A stretch of DNA of 64,000 bases from Octopus vulgaris (lineage: Eukaryota): contig OX597839.1 in assembly GCA_951406725.2 (NCBI GenBank), forward strand, positions 8,246,001-8,310,000, given 5' to 3'. The notes under the pieces are model-generated. The model saw only the letters and a program-made list of their open reading frames with translations. It did no database searches and was not told the origin of the DNA. The position numbers were made by a program, and so were the translations under genes. This document shows, in pieces, positions 11,537 to 25,799 of this stretch. Positions within the stretch are counted from its first letter, which is position 1; every line of letters starts with the position of its first letter.

Positions 11537-12205
11537 ATGAAATTAACGAAAGTCGATTAAACAGAAAAACTCACGAAAATATTCTCTATAGTGAAAATTA
11601 ACAAATTAAGATATTAGTGTGAGAAAAAAAAATTGACTCGGAATCCAACACCAAAAATTATTCATGAAATTTTATTAGCAGCCTCAGTTACAGACGGGTG
11701 GAAATTTTTTCTTGGACAAAAAGTACCCGTCAATTATGTTCCAAATTCTATCAACAACGACAACTTTGTTGATAAATTTGAACTCCTAAAGATAATGCAA
11801 CAGTGCAAAGTGGTGAAGTAATACTTGCAATTTAATGATTTCAAACAGGGAGGGAGAAAATAACAAGAAATCGGAAATTAGTCATTTTGCCCCGGTTACT
11901 AATTTTGCCCCACCCCTATAAAATTTTTTATTCAATTTTAATTTAATGCTGATTTATTTTACTTCTAATTTGTAATTCATTCCGTCAATTTATATAATAA
12001 TATTGACTATATTTATATATATATATAGAGAGAGAGATAGATAGATCTGTGTATGTAAGTGGTAGGGCAAGTCCGATTATACATTAAATATAGGGGTGAG
12101 TGTTCATATATACTGTTGATACACCGATATGCTAAAGAAAATGACACGGAGTAGTCAAAGCATATATATATATATACATATAGTATAGTATGGACTATAT
12201 ATATA

Positions 12206-12550
12206 GTGAAGGCGCATGGTTCAGTGGTTAGAGCGTCGATCTTACGACCGTGAGGCTGTGAGTTCGATTCCCGGACCGGGCTGCGCGTTGCGTTCTTGAG
12301 CAAGACACTTTATTTCACGTTGCTCCATTTCACTCAGCTGTACAAAATAAGTTGCGACGTCACTGATGCCAAGCTGTGATCGGCCCCTTTGCCTTTCCCT
12401 TGGATAACATCGGTGGCGTGGAGAGGGTAGGCCGTTATCCATGGGCGACTGCTGATCTTCCATAAACAACCGTTTCCCGGACTTGTGCCTTGGAGGGTAA
12501 CTTTCTAGATGCAATCCCATGGTCACTCGTGACTGCTAGAGGGACTCCGT
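12206..12550 (+). mobile_element. tRNA-derived SINE family D
   Basis: Head TGGTTCAGTGGTTAGAGC...GAGTTCGATTCCC followed by TTCTTGAGCAAGACACTTTATTTCACGTTGCTCCA. Related to 43951-44190 but with a different tail. Confidence 0.75.
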
Positions 12551-12904
12551 CCTCCGTGTATATATATATTATAGACATTAATCTAAGCTTGTATTTTTTC
12601 CTTGTACTTTGTTCGAGGACGTTGCTTAAGGAAATATGCTGTTTCGCCAACTTATATTACTCCTGCGCCTATATGGTTACATGTTTCCAATATTACATCG
12701 ATTGAGAAGCAACATATCTAATTGTATATGTTCTGAGTTTTTTTGTAATAAGTTCTAGACTTGCCACTCCTTGGGTTTGGTGTTAAGTAAAGCATCGGTC
12801 CTTGAATTGTTCTTTCATCAGTAAGCTTATTTCGCTGGTTCTATTTTGTATTATAATTTTCGGATCACTGCATCTATTTTGTAAGTTGTTTTTGTTTTAA
12901 AGAT

Positions 12905-13201
12905 ACTCTTTTACTTGTTTCAATCATTTCACAGTAGCCATGCTGGAGCACCGCCTTTTACTTGTTTCAGTCATTTGACAGTGGCCATGCTGGAGCACCG
13001 CCTTTTACTTGTTTCAGTCATTTGAAAGTGGCCATGTTGGAGCACCGCCTTTAGTCGAGCAAATCGACCCCAGGACTAATTTTTTGTAAGCCTAGTACTT
13101 ATTCTATCGGATCTCTTTTGCCGAACCGCTAAGTTACGGGGACGTAAACGCACCAGCATCGGTTGTCAAGCGATGTTGTGGGGGACAAACACAGACACAC
13201 A

Positions 13202-13255
<54 letters not shown>

Positions 13256-13600
13256 TCATCATCGTTTAACGTCCGCTTTCCGTGCTAGCATGGGTTGGAC
13301 GATTTTGACTGAGGGCTGGCGAACCAGATTGCTGCACCAGGCTCCAATCTTGATTTGGCAGAGTTTCTACAGCTTGATGCCCTTCCTAGCGCCAACCACT
13401 CCGAGAGTGTAGTGGGTACTTTTTACATAAATACGACAGGCTTCTTTCAGTTTCCGTCTACCAAATTCCACTCACAGGGCTTTGGTTGGCCCGAAGCTAA
13501 AGTAGAAGACACTTGCCCAAGGTGCCACGCAGTGGGACTGAACCCGGAACCATGTGGTTCGTAAGCAAGCTACTTACCACATAGCCACTCCAACGCCTAT
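12905..13600 (-). mobile_element. SINE family B with a triplicated 3' end and a nested ~170-bp unrelated insert (~13257-13430)
   Basis: Three tandem copies of TTTTACTTGTTTCA.TCATT...CTGGAGCACCGCC, then the body, the insert and the head. Confidence 0.8.
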
Positions 13601-13889
13601 AGTTTTGTAATTACAAATTAATACCAATTTAATTTGTTGTTACTAATACACAAGGGTTGGCATAATGGACACACTACGCCAATGTCACTCTAGTTGATTT
13701 CTAATTATTCCTAGGTGGCGCTTGTATTTTTAATGCAGTGATACACTACAGTTATATTGGCGGGGCTGCTTATTTAGGGGAATATATAATTGATATGCTT
13801 GTTTGTGATTTTTTCTTTTTTCTTGCTTTGGGGTTTCGTTATTCTGAAATGTTCTTCATTCTGGTAAAGTTGAACTTGTTTCTGAGGAA

Positions 13890-14170
13890 GGTGGCGAGCT
13901 GGCAGAACCGTTAGCACGCCGGTTGAAATGCTTAGCGGTATTTCGTCTGCCGCTACGTTCTGAGTTCAAATTCCGCCGAGATCGACTTTGCCTTTCATCC
14001 ATTCGGGGTCGATAAATTAAGTACCAGTTACGCACTGGGGTCGATGTAATCGACTTAATACCCATGTCTGTCCTTGTTTGTCCCCTCTATGTTTAGCCCC
14101 TTGTGGGTAATAAAGAAATAGGTATTTTGTCTGCCGCTACGTTCTGAGTTCAAACTCCGCCGAGGTCGAC
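13890..14170 (+). mobile_element. SINE family A, full unit plus start of a second unit
   Basis: GGTGGCGAGCTGGCAGAA head, central domain, tail, then a restart at GGTATTTTGTCTG. Confidence 0.85.
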
Positions 14171-14549
14171 GGGAACTGGCAGTAACATTGATCTGTTTAC
14201 ATCGAAGTAAATTTGTAGCTCGTTAAAGAAGAACGATTAAAAATACCTGAGTGACATTGACCTCTATGACTACGAACTTCATGGCAAGAGATTAACAGAA
14301 ATGAAGATAGGCAGACAGACGGACGGACGGTCAGACTAGAATACTTAGACATTAACAGATATGAATATATATATATAGAACTTTTGTCTTTTACTTTTTT
14401 CGACTACGGCTATACTAGAGCATCGCATTGAAAGGTTTATAATCAAAACAAGCGATCTCTGAGTTTCCTTTTACATCTCGTACTTATTCTACAGCTTTCT
14501 TTTGCCAACTGCTAAGTTACAAGGACATATATATATATATATATATATA

Positions 14550-14810
14550 TCACCGTGACCGACCAGGCTATCAGATGTTGCTACACATCGCTGGTCACAA
14601 TGCGCTTCGTATTGTTTTAGCCTTCAAATGACGCCCCCCCCCCCCCGGTGGCTAAGCGAGCAGGCCAACTGAATAATGAGTGAGAGAAAGTTGTGGCGAA
14701 AGAGTACAGCAGGGATCTCCACCCACCCCCCTCCGGAGCCGCGTAGAGCTTTAGGTGTTTTCGCTCAATAAACACTCACAACACCCGGTCCGAGAATCGA
14801 AACCGCGCCT
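14550..14810 (-). mobile_element. SINE family C (5'-truncated) with a distinct tail
   Basis: GTGAGAGAAAGTTGTGGCGAAAGAGTACAGCAGGGA...AGGTGTTTTCGCTCAATAAACACTCACAAC is shared with family C. The left part is unrelated to the other tails. Confidence 0.65.
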
Positions 14811-14820
14811 CCACACACAT

Positions 14821-14869
<49 letters not shown>

Positions 14870-15994
14870 CACACACACATACAGAGAGACAGTCACGCAC
14901 GACAGATTTCTTTGTTTCTGTTTTCAAAACCCACTCACGAAAACTCACCTGAGTTTGTTTTAGGACTTACATTTACACAAGGTGCCACACAGTGGAACCG
15001 AACCCAATGTTACATGGTTGAAAAACAAATTTATTACCACACAGTTACGCCTGTACTCATATCGATTCACACACACGTTTTTGTAACTAAACAGATACAC
15101 ATACTGGCTGCAACTAAATATACACACGTACACACATACAACGTTATATAATGGCTGTGTGATATGTTTATGTGTCTCGGGATGAGTGATCTTGTCTATT
15201 TATACGTGACTTCGGGTTATCTCCCTTTTTTTCTGCCCTCTCTGTTTATGTCTGTCTGTCTCGGTCTCTTTGAATGTCTCGTTACGCAAGAACAGTTTAG
15301 TTAGTGAAAGTCTAACGCTTTCTTCCTATAAACATGGGCGTGCATGAATATTTTTTTCTGTTTGTATACGTGACTATCTGTCTGCGAACGTACGTACGGG
15401 AGTATGTCTATATCTCTGTTTTGTGGCTGTTGTATAATTGTCGATGGTAACCTCTCATGACATGACTCCGAATCAACTCTTACCTCCATTAACCAAAAAT
15501 TAGAAGAAAAGAAAAAAAGTAGAAATACGTAAGAAATATTTTAAAAAAAGCAACAAAAATCCAGGGAAAGATAAACCAACTATAATTGTTAGTGTTATTG
15601 CCATTATTTATTTATTATTTATTATTATTATTATTATTATTATTGCCAGCACGAGTTGTATTATATACTTAACGATCGGCATACACACAAAGAAGATCAG
15701 GTCCTCTACACATCCACAGATTTATAGTAACATACCCGCACCAACACCCGCCGAAATACCCTATCAAAAATGTGCATTCGCCATTTTCTATTGTGGAAGA
15801 CTCTGCATTGATCCCAGATCCGCCATTAACAACACAAACATCATACATCGACAAAACACCTTTCCACATGCTCACACATATGTCCTTCATTCTCTCACAT
15901 TGTATAGACAGATATGGATATGTATGTATATATATATATGTGTGTATTTGTATGTGTTACACATATATATAGTGTGTGTGTACGTATCAGTGTT

Positions 15995-16181
<187 letters not shown>

Positions 16182-16371
16182 AATATATACATATATACAT
16201 ATATGTGTGTGTGTGTATATATATATGTGTGTGTGTAATGTGTAGCTATGTGTATGCTCAATAAATGCACACATGACGAGAATGAGCAGTGAAAATATTG
16301 AAAGGGGTAATGTGAATATTTAAATAGGTATGAACACGTGTGTATGCATATATATATATATATATATACAC

Positions 16372-16452
<81 letters not shown>

Positions 16453-16511
16453 GCACACACATGCGCGCGCAAACATTAATATATATATATATATATACAC
16501 ACACACATTTA

Positions 16512-16542
<31 letters not shown>

Positions 16543-16841
16543 TTAGAGAGAGAGATTTATACACATATATGCACATCAACATATTCTCACACACAAACCC
16601 TCGTATAACTCTTGTCAATATTGCCACTGATGCGCATTAATATCATAATGCATAAAAGATAAGACAGATTGTGAGAAAAAGTGAAAAAGGGAGAGGGGGG
16701 GGGGGGGAAATGTGTAAATGCAGACGGAAGTATGTTATACGTTAGTATGTGTGCGAACGAGTGCGCCTGCGCAAAAGTGTGAGATTCATTTTGTGTGAGA
16801 GAATCACCGCCATCACCAAAATCATTATCACCACCCTGATC

Positions 16842-16905
<64 letters not shown>

Positions 16906-17404
16906 TGTAGTAGTAGTACAGAACAATCAAGATCCCTATTATTGCGTACTGATAAAGCAAGCGTGAATACGATTGTGTATGCGCCATTGTGTCCAAGTCT
17001 TCCGCTCTGTTTCGAATGCGGTCCACGCCACACACACACACACACACACACACACATCGCTTGCTTATTCATTCATACAAGCGAAGATACTATATACATG
17101 CATATGCACGTGTGTGAGTGTGCGTGTTTTCTCTATGGACATGTAAAATGCACAGTATACATAAACCTATAAACACACACACACGGATATATATATAGTG
17201 AAAGAGTGTAGATAGATAGATAGATAGATAGATATTTGGTGACAACGATATAACTGAAAAGACTTGCGAAAATGTACAATGTTGTACACAAAAACGGAGT
17301 GACATTCTTTCTGTGAATATCATTTATTTGCCTATAAACATGCCACGTTTTACTGTTTTACGTTATATAAGAGAGAGAGAGAGAGAGAGAGAGTACGTAC
17401 GCCG

Positions 17405-17429
<25 letters not shown>

Positions 17430-17443
<14 letters not shown>

Positions 17444-17725
17444 CAAACTGGGACAAGAACGCAAAACATTTAGAAGACGATACAAAAAGACACGGACGGG
17501 ACATTCGAAGCCTTCAATCTTCAGTCAAGAAACGGATCATCCTCGCAATTTCGGCTGATGAATCTTGAGACTGCTCCAATCTGGCCAGCCCCAAAGAAAA
17601 AACTAAGCTGAGCGCATTAGATTCCTTGGAAGAAAGCTTCGAATGTATACAAAACAAGGACGGAAAAACGGACGATGTTACACGAATATGAATACAAAAA
17701 TACGTAAAAACAATAAATAATAATA
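17430..17725. repeat. Dispersed repeat, inverted paralog of ~61560-61885, inserted in (TA)n
   Basis: GGACATTCGAAGCCTTCAATCTTCAGTCAAGAAACGGATCATC...TTTCGGCTGATGAATCTTGAGA matches the reverse complement of ~61758-61835. Confidence 0.7.
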
Positions 17726-17728
17726 AGA

Positions 17729-17769
<41 letters not shown>

Positions 17770-17790
17770 TGTTTTTATAAGAAGTGGATT

Positions 17791-17833
17791 ACAGCGACTT
17801 CAAAGTTTTGGCTTGTAGCCTTCATCAGCCTGT
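17791..17833 (-). ncRNA. Degenerate minimal hammerhead ribozyme
   Basis: ACAGG-CUGAUGA-A-GGCU(aca)AGCC-AAAAC-UUUGAA-GUC-GCUGU. The catalytic G of GAAA is mutated to A and stem I has one mismatch. Confidence 0.5.
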
Positions 17834-18524
17834 GCCCTTTCGGCTTTATATTGTCTGGTCAATGGTTTTTCTGGTCCAGGTAGAGCCATGTGGAATGATA
17901 ATTATGTCTGATGTCTGTGCATCTTTGAAGTATATGTATAGGTGGTATGATAGAGGAGGGTAGGAAGCAAGTATGTTTATATAGTGAGTGCTGGATTTTA
18001 TTGTCTTATGTGGGCTTTGTGCTATTGCCCAGAGTTCAGCATTTAGGCATTTTTGGGTTTGTTGCTTAAATACACCATATGTACTATAGGGTCTGATCAT
18101 CACTCCGATCTTATCGACGAGAAACGGGCTTGGTATATTTTTTACTCTACTAGGCACAAGGCCTGAAATTTTTGAGGCGGGGCCAGTCGATTAGAACGAC
18201 CCCAATATGATGACCACGAAAGGATGAAAGGCAAAGTCGACCTCGGCGGATTTTGAACACATAACGTAAAGACAGACGAAATCCCTATTTCCTTATTACC
18301 CACAAGGGGATAAACATAGAGTGGACAAACAAGGACAGACAAACGGATTAAGTCGATTACATCGACGCGAGTGCGTAACTGGTACTTATGTAATCGACCC
18401 CGAAAGGCGGAATTTGATGGTGACGAGGCAAGGTCATTAATGATGGAGAGATCCTACAATCCAAATAGTTCCCGCCGTAAACAGGGAAAAGAAATAGTTC
18501 CCGCCGTTGCCATGGAAAAGAAGC

Positions 18525-18930
18525 GGATCTTTTCGGTTTGAACGGTGCCATATGAAATTGTCACCCTTAATTATAACCCTAGAATCGATCTATTGCATTT
18601 GAATTTCTTTTAGGGTTAGTCAGGGTTAGGGGTGGGGGGAAGGGTATCTTTTTTTCTTAACAAATGTAAATAAACCCAATCTGTTTCTTAAACGAGGGTC
18701 ATATTCATACGGCACAAAATGCTTTTTACCTCAATAGACGTCAGTGATTGGTTGAAATTGCAGAAATTGAAGAAAAAAAACAACAAATATCTTACAACCT
18801 ATAGAATTTTCTCAATAAAGCCAAGAGAAAAAGATGTTTTATAAACACATTCTACCAGTATACGAAGCTTAAAAGTGTTTAGTTACGTGGAAATTATTTT
18901 TAAAAACTGCCGGTCAAACCGAAAAGATCC
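18525..18930. mobile_element. Merlin-like MITE copy 3
   Basis: TIRs plus the 8-bp TSD AAAGAAGC on both sides. Confidence 0.9.
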
Positions 18931-19839
18931 AAAGAAGCATTTTCGCTAATTGTGCGCTATCGAACATTAAGCCAGATATTTGTGGAGCAAATTTTTAAAC
19001 ACACAGCCATCGCTGCGCCCGATATATCAAAACAGATAATACGGTTGTTGTGCAGTATTATTGACCGCCACGTTCATCCAGCTCATAATCAGAGGAAGTC
19101 CCGTTCGCAAGTCTCATGCATTGTGCTAGAAATAAATATAATTGAACGAAACAAAACCCTAAACAAAGACCGGACAAAAGAAGCCGAAACACACAAGTTT
19201 AGAGTAAATGAAACGTAACAAGGCTCTATCCTGTCCTCATACAACCTAATGAGTGCAATCAATCACGGCGACATATGAACCGAGAAAGAGAGAGAGAGAG
19301 CGAAGCATCTGGCTTTAATATGGTTTGAGCAAGACTAGAGCACTTCCGGTGCATTACTTGTTCAACTTCGACACACGTGCAACAGCGCCCTCTTTCGTAC
19401 TGTACGACCTTGCTAAATACTCCCAACTATTCTGTCCTACTTCATGTAAAATCTCAACTACTTTTGTAATTTCTCATACTGTCCCCACCAGCTGTTGCTC
19501 TTGAAAATAAACATTTATTTATTCTACGTTCTTTAGTTTTTGAGTTCAAATCCCTCTGCAGTCATCGTATTTCATCCTCTCTCTCTCTCTCTCATTGGCT
19601 CTAAAACAGTCTTCCTTTCAATTCGGGAAATATATTTGTTGGAATTTTATTTGTTATTTTTGCTCTCCATTGTTTTGTGAAACCCCACCACTTACGTTTT
19701 ATACTTTGGTTATTTCATCAATGGGTTTGCTTTTGACGGAAGTCTTGATTCTGTATTTATACTTTATTTACTTTGTGTGTAATCTGAACGATACAAAAAC
19801 AATAGGAGTAATAATAACGGTAGTCAATCAGAATACATG

Positions 19840-19873
<34 letters not shown>

Positions 19874-19878
<5 letters not shown>

Positions 19879-20142
19879 TAGTTTTATTTTTTATAGCGTG
19901 CTTTCACTTCACTACCGAGCACAGCTCTGTGTGCCTTGGGTATGTGCTGTGATTTGTTGTGATGCTCTGATGGTTATTGTATGGAAAGTGTGTGCAGTGC
20001 CTAGGAGAGCAATTTTCTGTATGTTATATGTGTTTGTAAGTCCTGGTGTTTTTGTTATGTATTTGTCTGAATATTTTTTTATCATGCCTAATGCACCTAC
20101 TATGATAGGAATTGTTTCTGTTTTTAGATTCCACATTCTGGT
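19874..20142 (-). mobile_element. 3' fragment of a restriction-like-endonuclease non-LTR retrotransposon (R4/Dong-like) inserted in (TAA)n
   Basis: The ORF reads MWNLKTETIPIIVGALG...IQKIALLGTAH, the C-terminal motif of R4/Dong-type proteins. Flanked on both sides by (ATT)n. Confidence 0.75.
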
Positions 20143-20157
20143 TTATTATTATTATTA

Positions 20158-20975
20158 AGGCGGCGAGCTGACAAAATCGTTAGCATATAGGCGCAGGAGT
20201 GGCTCTGGTAGGTAGCTTCCTTACCAACCACAGAACGTAACGGCAGACGAAATATGGCAACGCATTTCGTCCGGCGTGCTAACGTTTCTGCCAGCTCGCC
20301 GCCCTCATTCGTTTTATGGTCTGTAGTGTTGTGTCTGTCTTTGATGTGTCCCTTCTTTGTTGTGGCCGTAGTGCAAAATAAAGAAACATTGGCGGAGGTT
20401 TGCGGTATTTCGTCTGTCTTTTACGTTCTGAGTTCAAATTCCGCCGAGGTCGACTTTACCTTTTATCCTTTCGGGGTCGATAAATTAAATACAATTTGCG
20501 TATTGGGGTCGATCTAATCAACTTAATCCCTTTGTCTGTCCTTGCTTGTCCCCTCTATGTTTAACCACTTGTGGTCAATAAAGAAATAAATTTATTAAGG
20601 CCACGAGCTGACAGAATCGTTAGCACGCCGAGAAAAATGCTTAGCGGCAGTTCGTCAATCTGCAAGTTCTTATTTCAAATTCCCCAAGGTTGACCTTGCC
20701 TTTCATCCTTCCGAGGTCGATGATTTAAATATCAGTGAAACAATCAGGTCTATAATCGACTAGTCGCCCCACCCCACCCCACCCCAAAATTAGGCCTTGT
20801 GTTTTTAGCAGAAAGGATTATTTTAAGAACTGGCAGAATCATTAGCACGCCGGTCAAAATACTTGGCGACATTTCGTCCGTCTTCAGGTTCTGAGTTCAA
20901 ATTCTGCTGAGGTCGACTTTGCCTTTCATGTGGTTGGTAAGCAAGCTACTTACCACACGGCCACTCCTTCGCCTA
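20158..20975. mobile_element. Cluster of nested, fragmentary SINE-A and SINE-B copies in both orientations
   Basis: Repeated GGCGAGCTG.CAGAATCGTTAGCA heads and central domains, interleaved with family B heads. Confidence 0.7.
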
Positions 20976-21244
20976 TGTTGAACAAAAATGTCCTTGAAAG
21001 TTTATTTGCATTACTTAGGGATCTAAGTTCAAATCCCGTCGGAGACAAATTTTGCGTTGTTCCTTACTTTATGAAAATGTATACAAGTAACATAACAGTG
21101 TGAGATTTTATCGATTATGTCTTATTTACAAATGTAAAATAATGTGTGAAAGTTCGATGACAGGGTGGAAAAAATTGGTGATTGATTTCTTGTTTACTTG
21201 CTGGAAAAACAGATGAAACATTTCACAAAAATGTGGAAAGAATA

Positions 21245-22160
21245 AAGTGGGGGGGGGGTGAAGGGGCAGAGTGAGAGTGAGTTATTCTGTGTTTGAGAAG
21301 GATTGTGAAAAGAGAGAGAGAGAGAGAGAATAACTTGTGGGGAAGAGGAAATGAGAGAGACAGAGAATCAGTGAAGGAATGACTGAGTGATTAAGCAAGA
21401 TAGAGAAGTGGGGAGAGAGAGAGAGAGAGAGAGGGGGGAGTTATAACGCAGAGGGATTATGTGATGAAGTTACTGGTAGATATAGAAAAAGAGAAAGTGT
21501 GAGAGAGTAAGGTTGAGGGGGAGAGAGAAAGCTAGTGAGAGAGACACTAAGAGAGAAAGGGAGTTAGAGAGATCCTAAATTGTGAGAGAAAGCGTGTGAC
21601 TGAGACAAGAGAGAAAGTTGGTGAAAGTAATAATTAGTGAGAGTTTATGAGGGGAATAGAGAGAGTAAGCAAAAGAGATAGGGAGAGAGGTTTGGTGAAA
21701 TGTAGGGAGTTGAGAGCGAGGGTTAGAGAGTGACTGAGAAATAAATGAAACGAAAAAGAAAGAGAAGAGCAAAAAAGTATTGTGAGTTGAAGAGGAATGG
21801 AGAAGAGACTTGTGGGAGAGATAAAACAAGTCAAGAGTAGAGAAAGATAAGCAATGACAACAATGGGAAACAAGATGAGACAGTGAGGGAGGTGGATAGA
21901 GGTAGGAATGGAGAGGGCATCTGAGAGAAATGCATGCAAAAAAAAATTTTTAATGAGAAGGGATTTAGAAGAAGAGAAAAAATGAAATAAAACGTAGAGA
22001 AAAGAATTAAGGGAGGAAGAGAGTAAAAAGAGAGCGAAAACAGGGGAGACAAATCGTGTCAAGAAAATAAGTTGGAGCTTTAAGATTTGCAGAGCCAAGA
22101 AGAGAGGAAATGAAAAACAGAGAGAGAGAGAGAGAGGGGGTGTGAGGAGGACAGATAGAA
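21245..22160. repeat. Purine-rich (GA) low-complexity tract
   Basis: About 900 bp with a strong A/G strand bias. Confidence 0.8.
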
Positions 22161-22556
22161 TGCAGGACTGAACATGAAAAGATTTGGAAATCAGGCTAAC
22201 TCTATGGGGAAATCAAGGCGAAACGGTTAATAAAACCAACCGGATTGGCATGGAAAATTCCTCATGCGAGTAGATATTTAGTGTTGATGTTGTTTGGCAG
22301 CGAGTTTTTGTTGTTTTTCTGCAGTTGTTGTTGGTTTTGTGTATGTGTGTGTGTGTGTTGTGGGTTTTTTGTTGTTTTTTTTTACTATTAGTTTTGTTAA
22401 ACGTTTCATTTCGTTTCACAATATGTGTGTGTGTGTTTGCATTTCTGCACGTAATTATGTGTGTGTGTGTGTATGAACGTGTATGATTCGTCTTTGCGTG
22501 TGAGCAACTTTATGAAATAATACATGTATGTATGTGCATGTGTGAACGCGTGTCTG

Positions 22557-22594
<38 letters not shown>

Positions 22595-23522
22595 TTTATA
22601 TATATACACACATATGCATACATACACAGGTGTGTGAACATGTAAATATGTGTGTGAGTATGGATGTAAATAGAAATATATGCATTTATACACACACACA
22701 TATATATATATATATACATGCATTCATATATATAATATACATGTATACATAATTGTAGATATGTATGCATATATGTTATATGTATATATACAGAGAGAGA
22801 GATACATGTGTGCATGTATGTACACGTGTGTATTGTATGTGTATGTTTGTGTGTGTGTATCCCATATTATATGAAATTATGGAAGGTGGTAGAATGGCGG
22901 GAAGGTTGTGTTGCCGCAATAAATGTGTTGCGGTGGTTTCCTTATCTCCCTTTACGTTCATTCGTCAATATATATATATATATATGTGTATATATATATG
23001 TATGTATATATATAGACAAAAGAAAAAAAACCTAAAACACCCCACCCCGCAATCATAGTTCAATTCAACATTCGTCTCTTTGCGGTCGATAAAATGCGCA
23101 CATACCACGTGGAAAAGAAGACGGTATGATGAGCGATCACATTGGCTACGCGCATATTTTATGGTCAGGCCTGCTAGAAATAGGAGCTAAATCTCAGTCA
23201 AATTTCACAATATTATCTTTAAATTAGGACACCTTGATGCGTAATTATGTTTAGGAATAGCCATAACAAAAAAAGCCCAAATTAATGAGGGTGACTCATG
23301 GTTTCTTGGCCCATCGAGGAAAACTACCCAAATTTGCTCAAATCAAGCCCTAACGTCTTTAAGCGAGAAAGGCCATTTCGACAAAGTTTACCTGAATATA
23401 CAAAACAAGCATTTGTCCGCAGTTTGTCCGATCCATCACCATTTCCTTCGTCTAATCTGAACATGTATGGGTTCCTGGTTGGCCCTTTCCCACAGGGAAA
23501 TATACTTCAGATATTATTATAT

Positions 23523-23688
23523 AGGCGCAGGAGTGTCTATGTGGTAAGTAGCTTGTTTACCAACCACATGGTTACGGGTTCAGTCCCACTGCGTGGCACC
23601 TTGGGCAGGTGTCTTCTACTATAGCCTCGGGCCGACCAAAGCCTTGTGAGTGGATTTGGTAGACGGAAACTGAAAGAAGCCTGTCGTA

Positions 23689-23746
<58 letters not shown>

Positions 23747-23975
23747 TGTGTGTGTTTGTGTGTTTGTGTTTGTCCCCCCCCCTAGCATTGCTTGACAACC
23801 GATGTTGGTTGTTTATGTCCCCGTTACTTAGCGGTTCGGCAAAAGAGACCGATAGAATAAGTACTGGGCTTACAAAAGAATAAGTCCCGGGATCGATTTG
23901 CTCGACTAAAGGCGGTGCTCCAGCATGGCCGCAGTCAAATGACTGAAACAAGTAAAAGAGTAAACGAGTAAAGAG
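23523..23975 (+). mobile_element. SINE family B, full length
   Basis: tRNA-like head GGCGCAGGAGTG..TGTGGTAAG...GGTTCAGTCCC, internal (TA)n(TG)n, and 3' end GACTGAAACAAGTAAAAGAG with short repeats. Confidence 0.9.
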
Positions 23976-24057
23976 AGCTGATCATATTTAAGCTAAGTTT
24001 GCCTCGTCTTAGGGATAACAACAATTATTGATGACTGTAATTTATATGATCCACATT

Positions 24058-24452
24058 TTATATATAAAAGTCAAGTTGTGTGTCTGTCTACTCCGATTTA
24101 GATTCCTAACTACTCCCACATTTTGCGGTGCAGTTTAACCAAAACAGGGTATCTTATAGTCGTGATTCATATCGAGCCCTTCTGTGTATTAGCGCGCGTC
24201 TACGATGAGTCTACGATTAAAAAAAAAATTTACCATCATTTTTTTCCATTTTAATGCATTTTTTCGCTATTATATAAGGGAAGTAACTCTCTAAAAATGT
24301 CTACGATGAGTCAACGATTTTAAAACAAATTTACCATCATTTTTTTTCCATTTTTAATGCATTTTTTTGCTATTTTTTGGCTATAACTCTCTAAAAATGC
24401 TTATATAGTTATTTCCCTTACAAACCCGAGCAACGCCGGGCGATACTGCTAG
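24058..24452 (+). mobile_element. Non-autonomous Helitron-like element
   Basis: 5' TATATATAAAAG plus a (TG/TCTG) tract, an internal duplication, and 3' hairpin CCCG.GC..CGCCGGG followed by CTAG|T. Confidence 0.7.
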
Positions 24453-25167
24453 TTTTATATAATTTAATTTAATAACTTTTTCAATTAGGCGATATATTGA
24501 TAACATTTGCGTAATCCTCCCTAGTTACGGCCTCTGAAATTCTTCATAATTCCTTATAATCCCAGAAATTCTTTTAACTTTAATTAACACGGGTGGCTTT
24601 TTAATTCTTCATAATTCTTATAAACTTCTAACTTTTTTCGTATTGCTCACAGTAATTTTTAATTTTTTCGTGATCTTTTAGCTCTATGCTAATCTTGCAT
24701 AATTATAGTCGATTTACTTTATTCTAAATAATCTTGTGACAATATTGGATTTTGCAACGTTGGGTTAATAAGTTTTCGGGGTTTTATTGGGGAAAAATTG
24801 GTTCTGTTCTTCCTCATCTGCTATTTCCCGGCTTCTCAATTCGTATCTTTTTTTGCGGCCAAACAACTGATAATTATAAATTTGTAAATTCATAAATTTA
24901 AATCCTTTAATTATCACTGATTATTGTCCACACTATGTTCATTAGTCTAGCCTGTACAATTATTTTTTTGTGCCGCCAATAAGGTCTTGCTGTCAAAGTA
25001 ATGATCACTCTGTTTCATTTCTCCTATTCTTTTTCTCTCATTTCTTTTCCTTTTCCATCCTTCTTTCGTCCGTCTCCTCTGAATTCTCACAAGGAACTTA
25101 GCTAATCTTCGGTTTTCCTTAAGTTATTCTCCCTGAATTATAATCAGCTGGACCTCCTTTAATTAAT

Positions 25168-25550
25168 TACTCTTTTACTTGTTTCAGTCATTTGACTGCG
25201 GCCATGCTGGAGCACCGCCTTTAGTCGAGCAAATTGACCCCGGGACTTATTCTTTGCAAGCTCAGTACTTATTCTATCGGTCTCTTTTGCCGAACCGCTA
25301 AGTGACGGGGACGTAAACACACCAGCATCGATTGTCAAGCAATGCAAAGGGGACAAACACACATACACATATATACATAGATATACATATATACGACAAG
25401 CTTCTTTCAGTTTCCGTCTACCAAATCCACTCACAGGGCATTGGTCGGCCCGGGGCTATAGCAGAAGACACTTGCCCAAGATGCCACGCAGTGGGACTGA
25501 ACCCGGAACCATGTGGTTGGTTAGCAAGCTCCTTACCACACAGCCACTCC
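25168..25550 (-). mobile_element. SINE family B
   Basis: Matches the family B consensus seen elsewhere in the window. Confidence 0.85.
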
Positions 25551-25799
25551 TTATTCTATTATTTCTGTAATAAACAATCGGAGCCTATTTATCAAGATTA
25601 ATTTAATGAACCAATAAATAACGCTGGAATGTATTAACCATATCACTCCTTAATGCAGTTAACTTTAAAAATATATAACACTGTAAATGCTTTTTTTTTT
25701 TAAGAGCATCGCCAATAACTGTGCTTGCTAATGTTTTGGAAATGCCAAAGGGCATATTTTGGCGCCTTCTTATCTGCCGGTATACAAGCATGTATTTTA

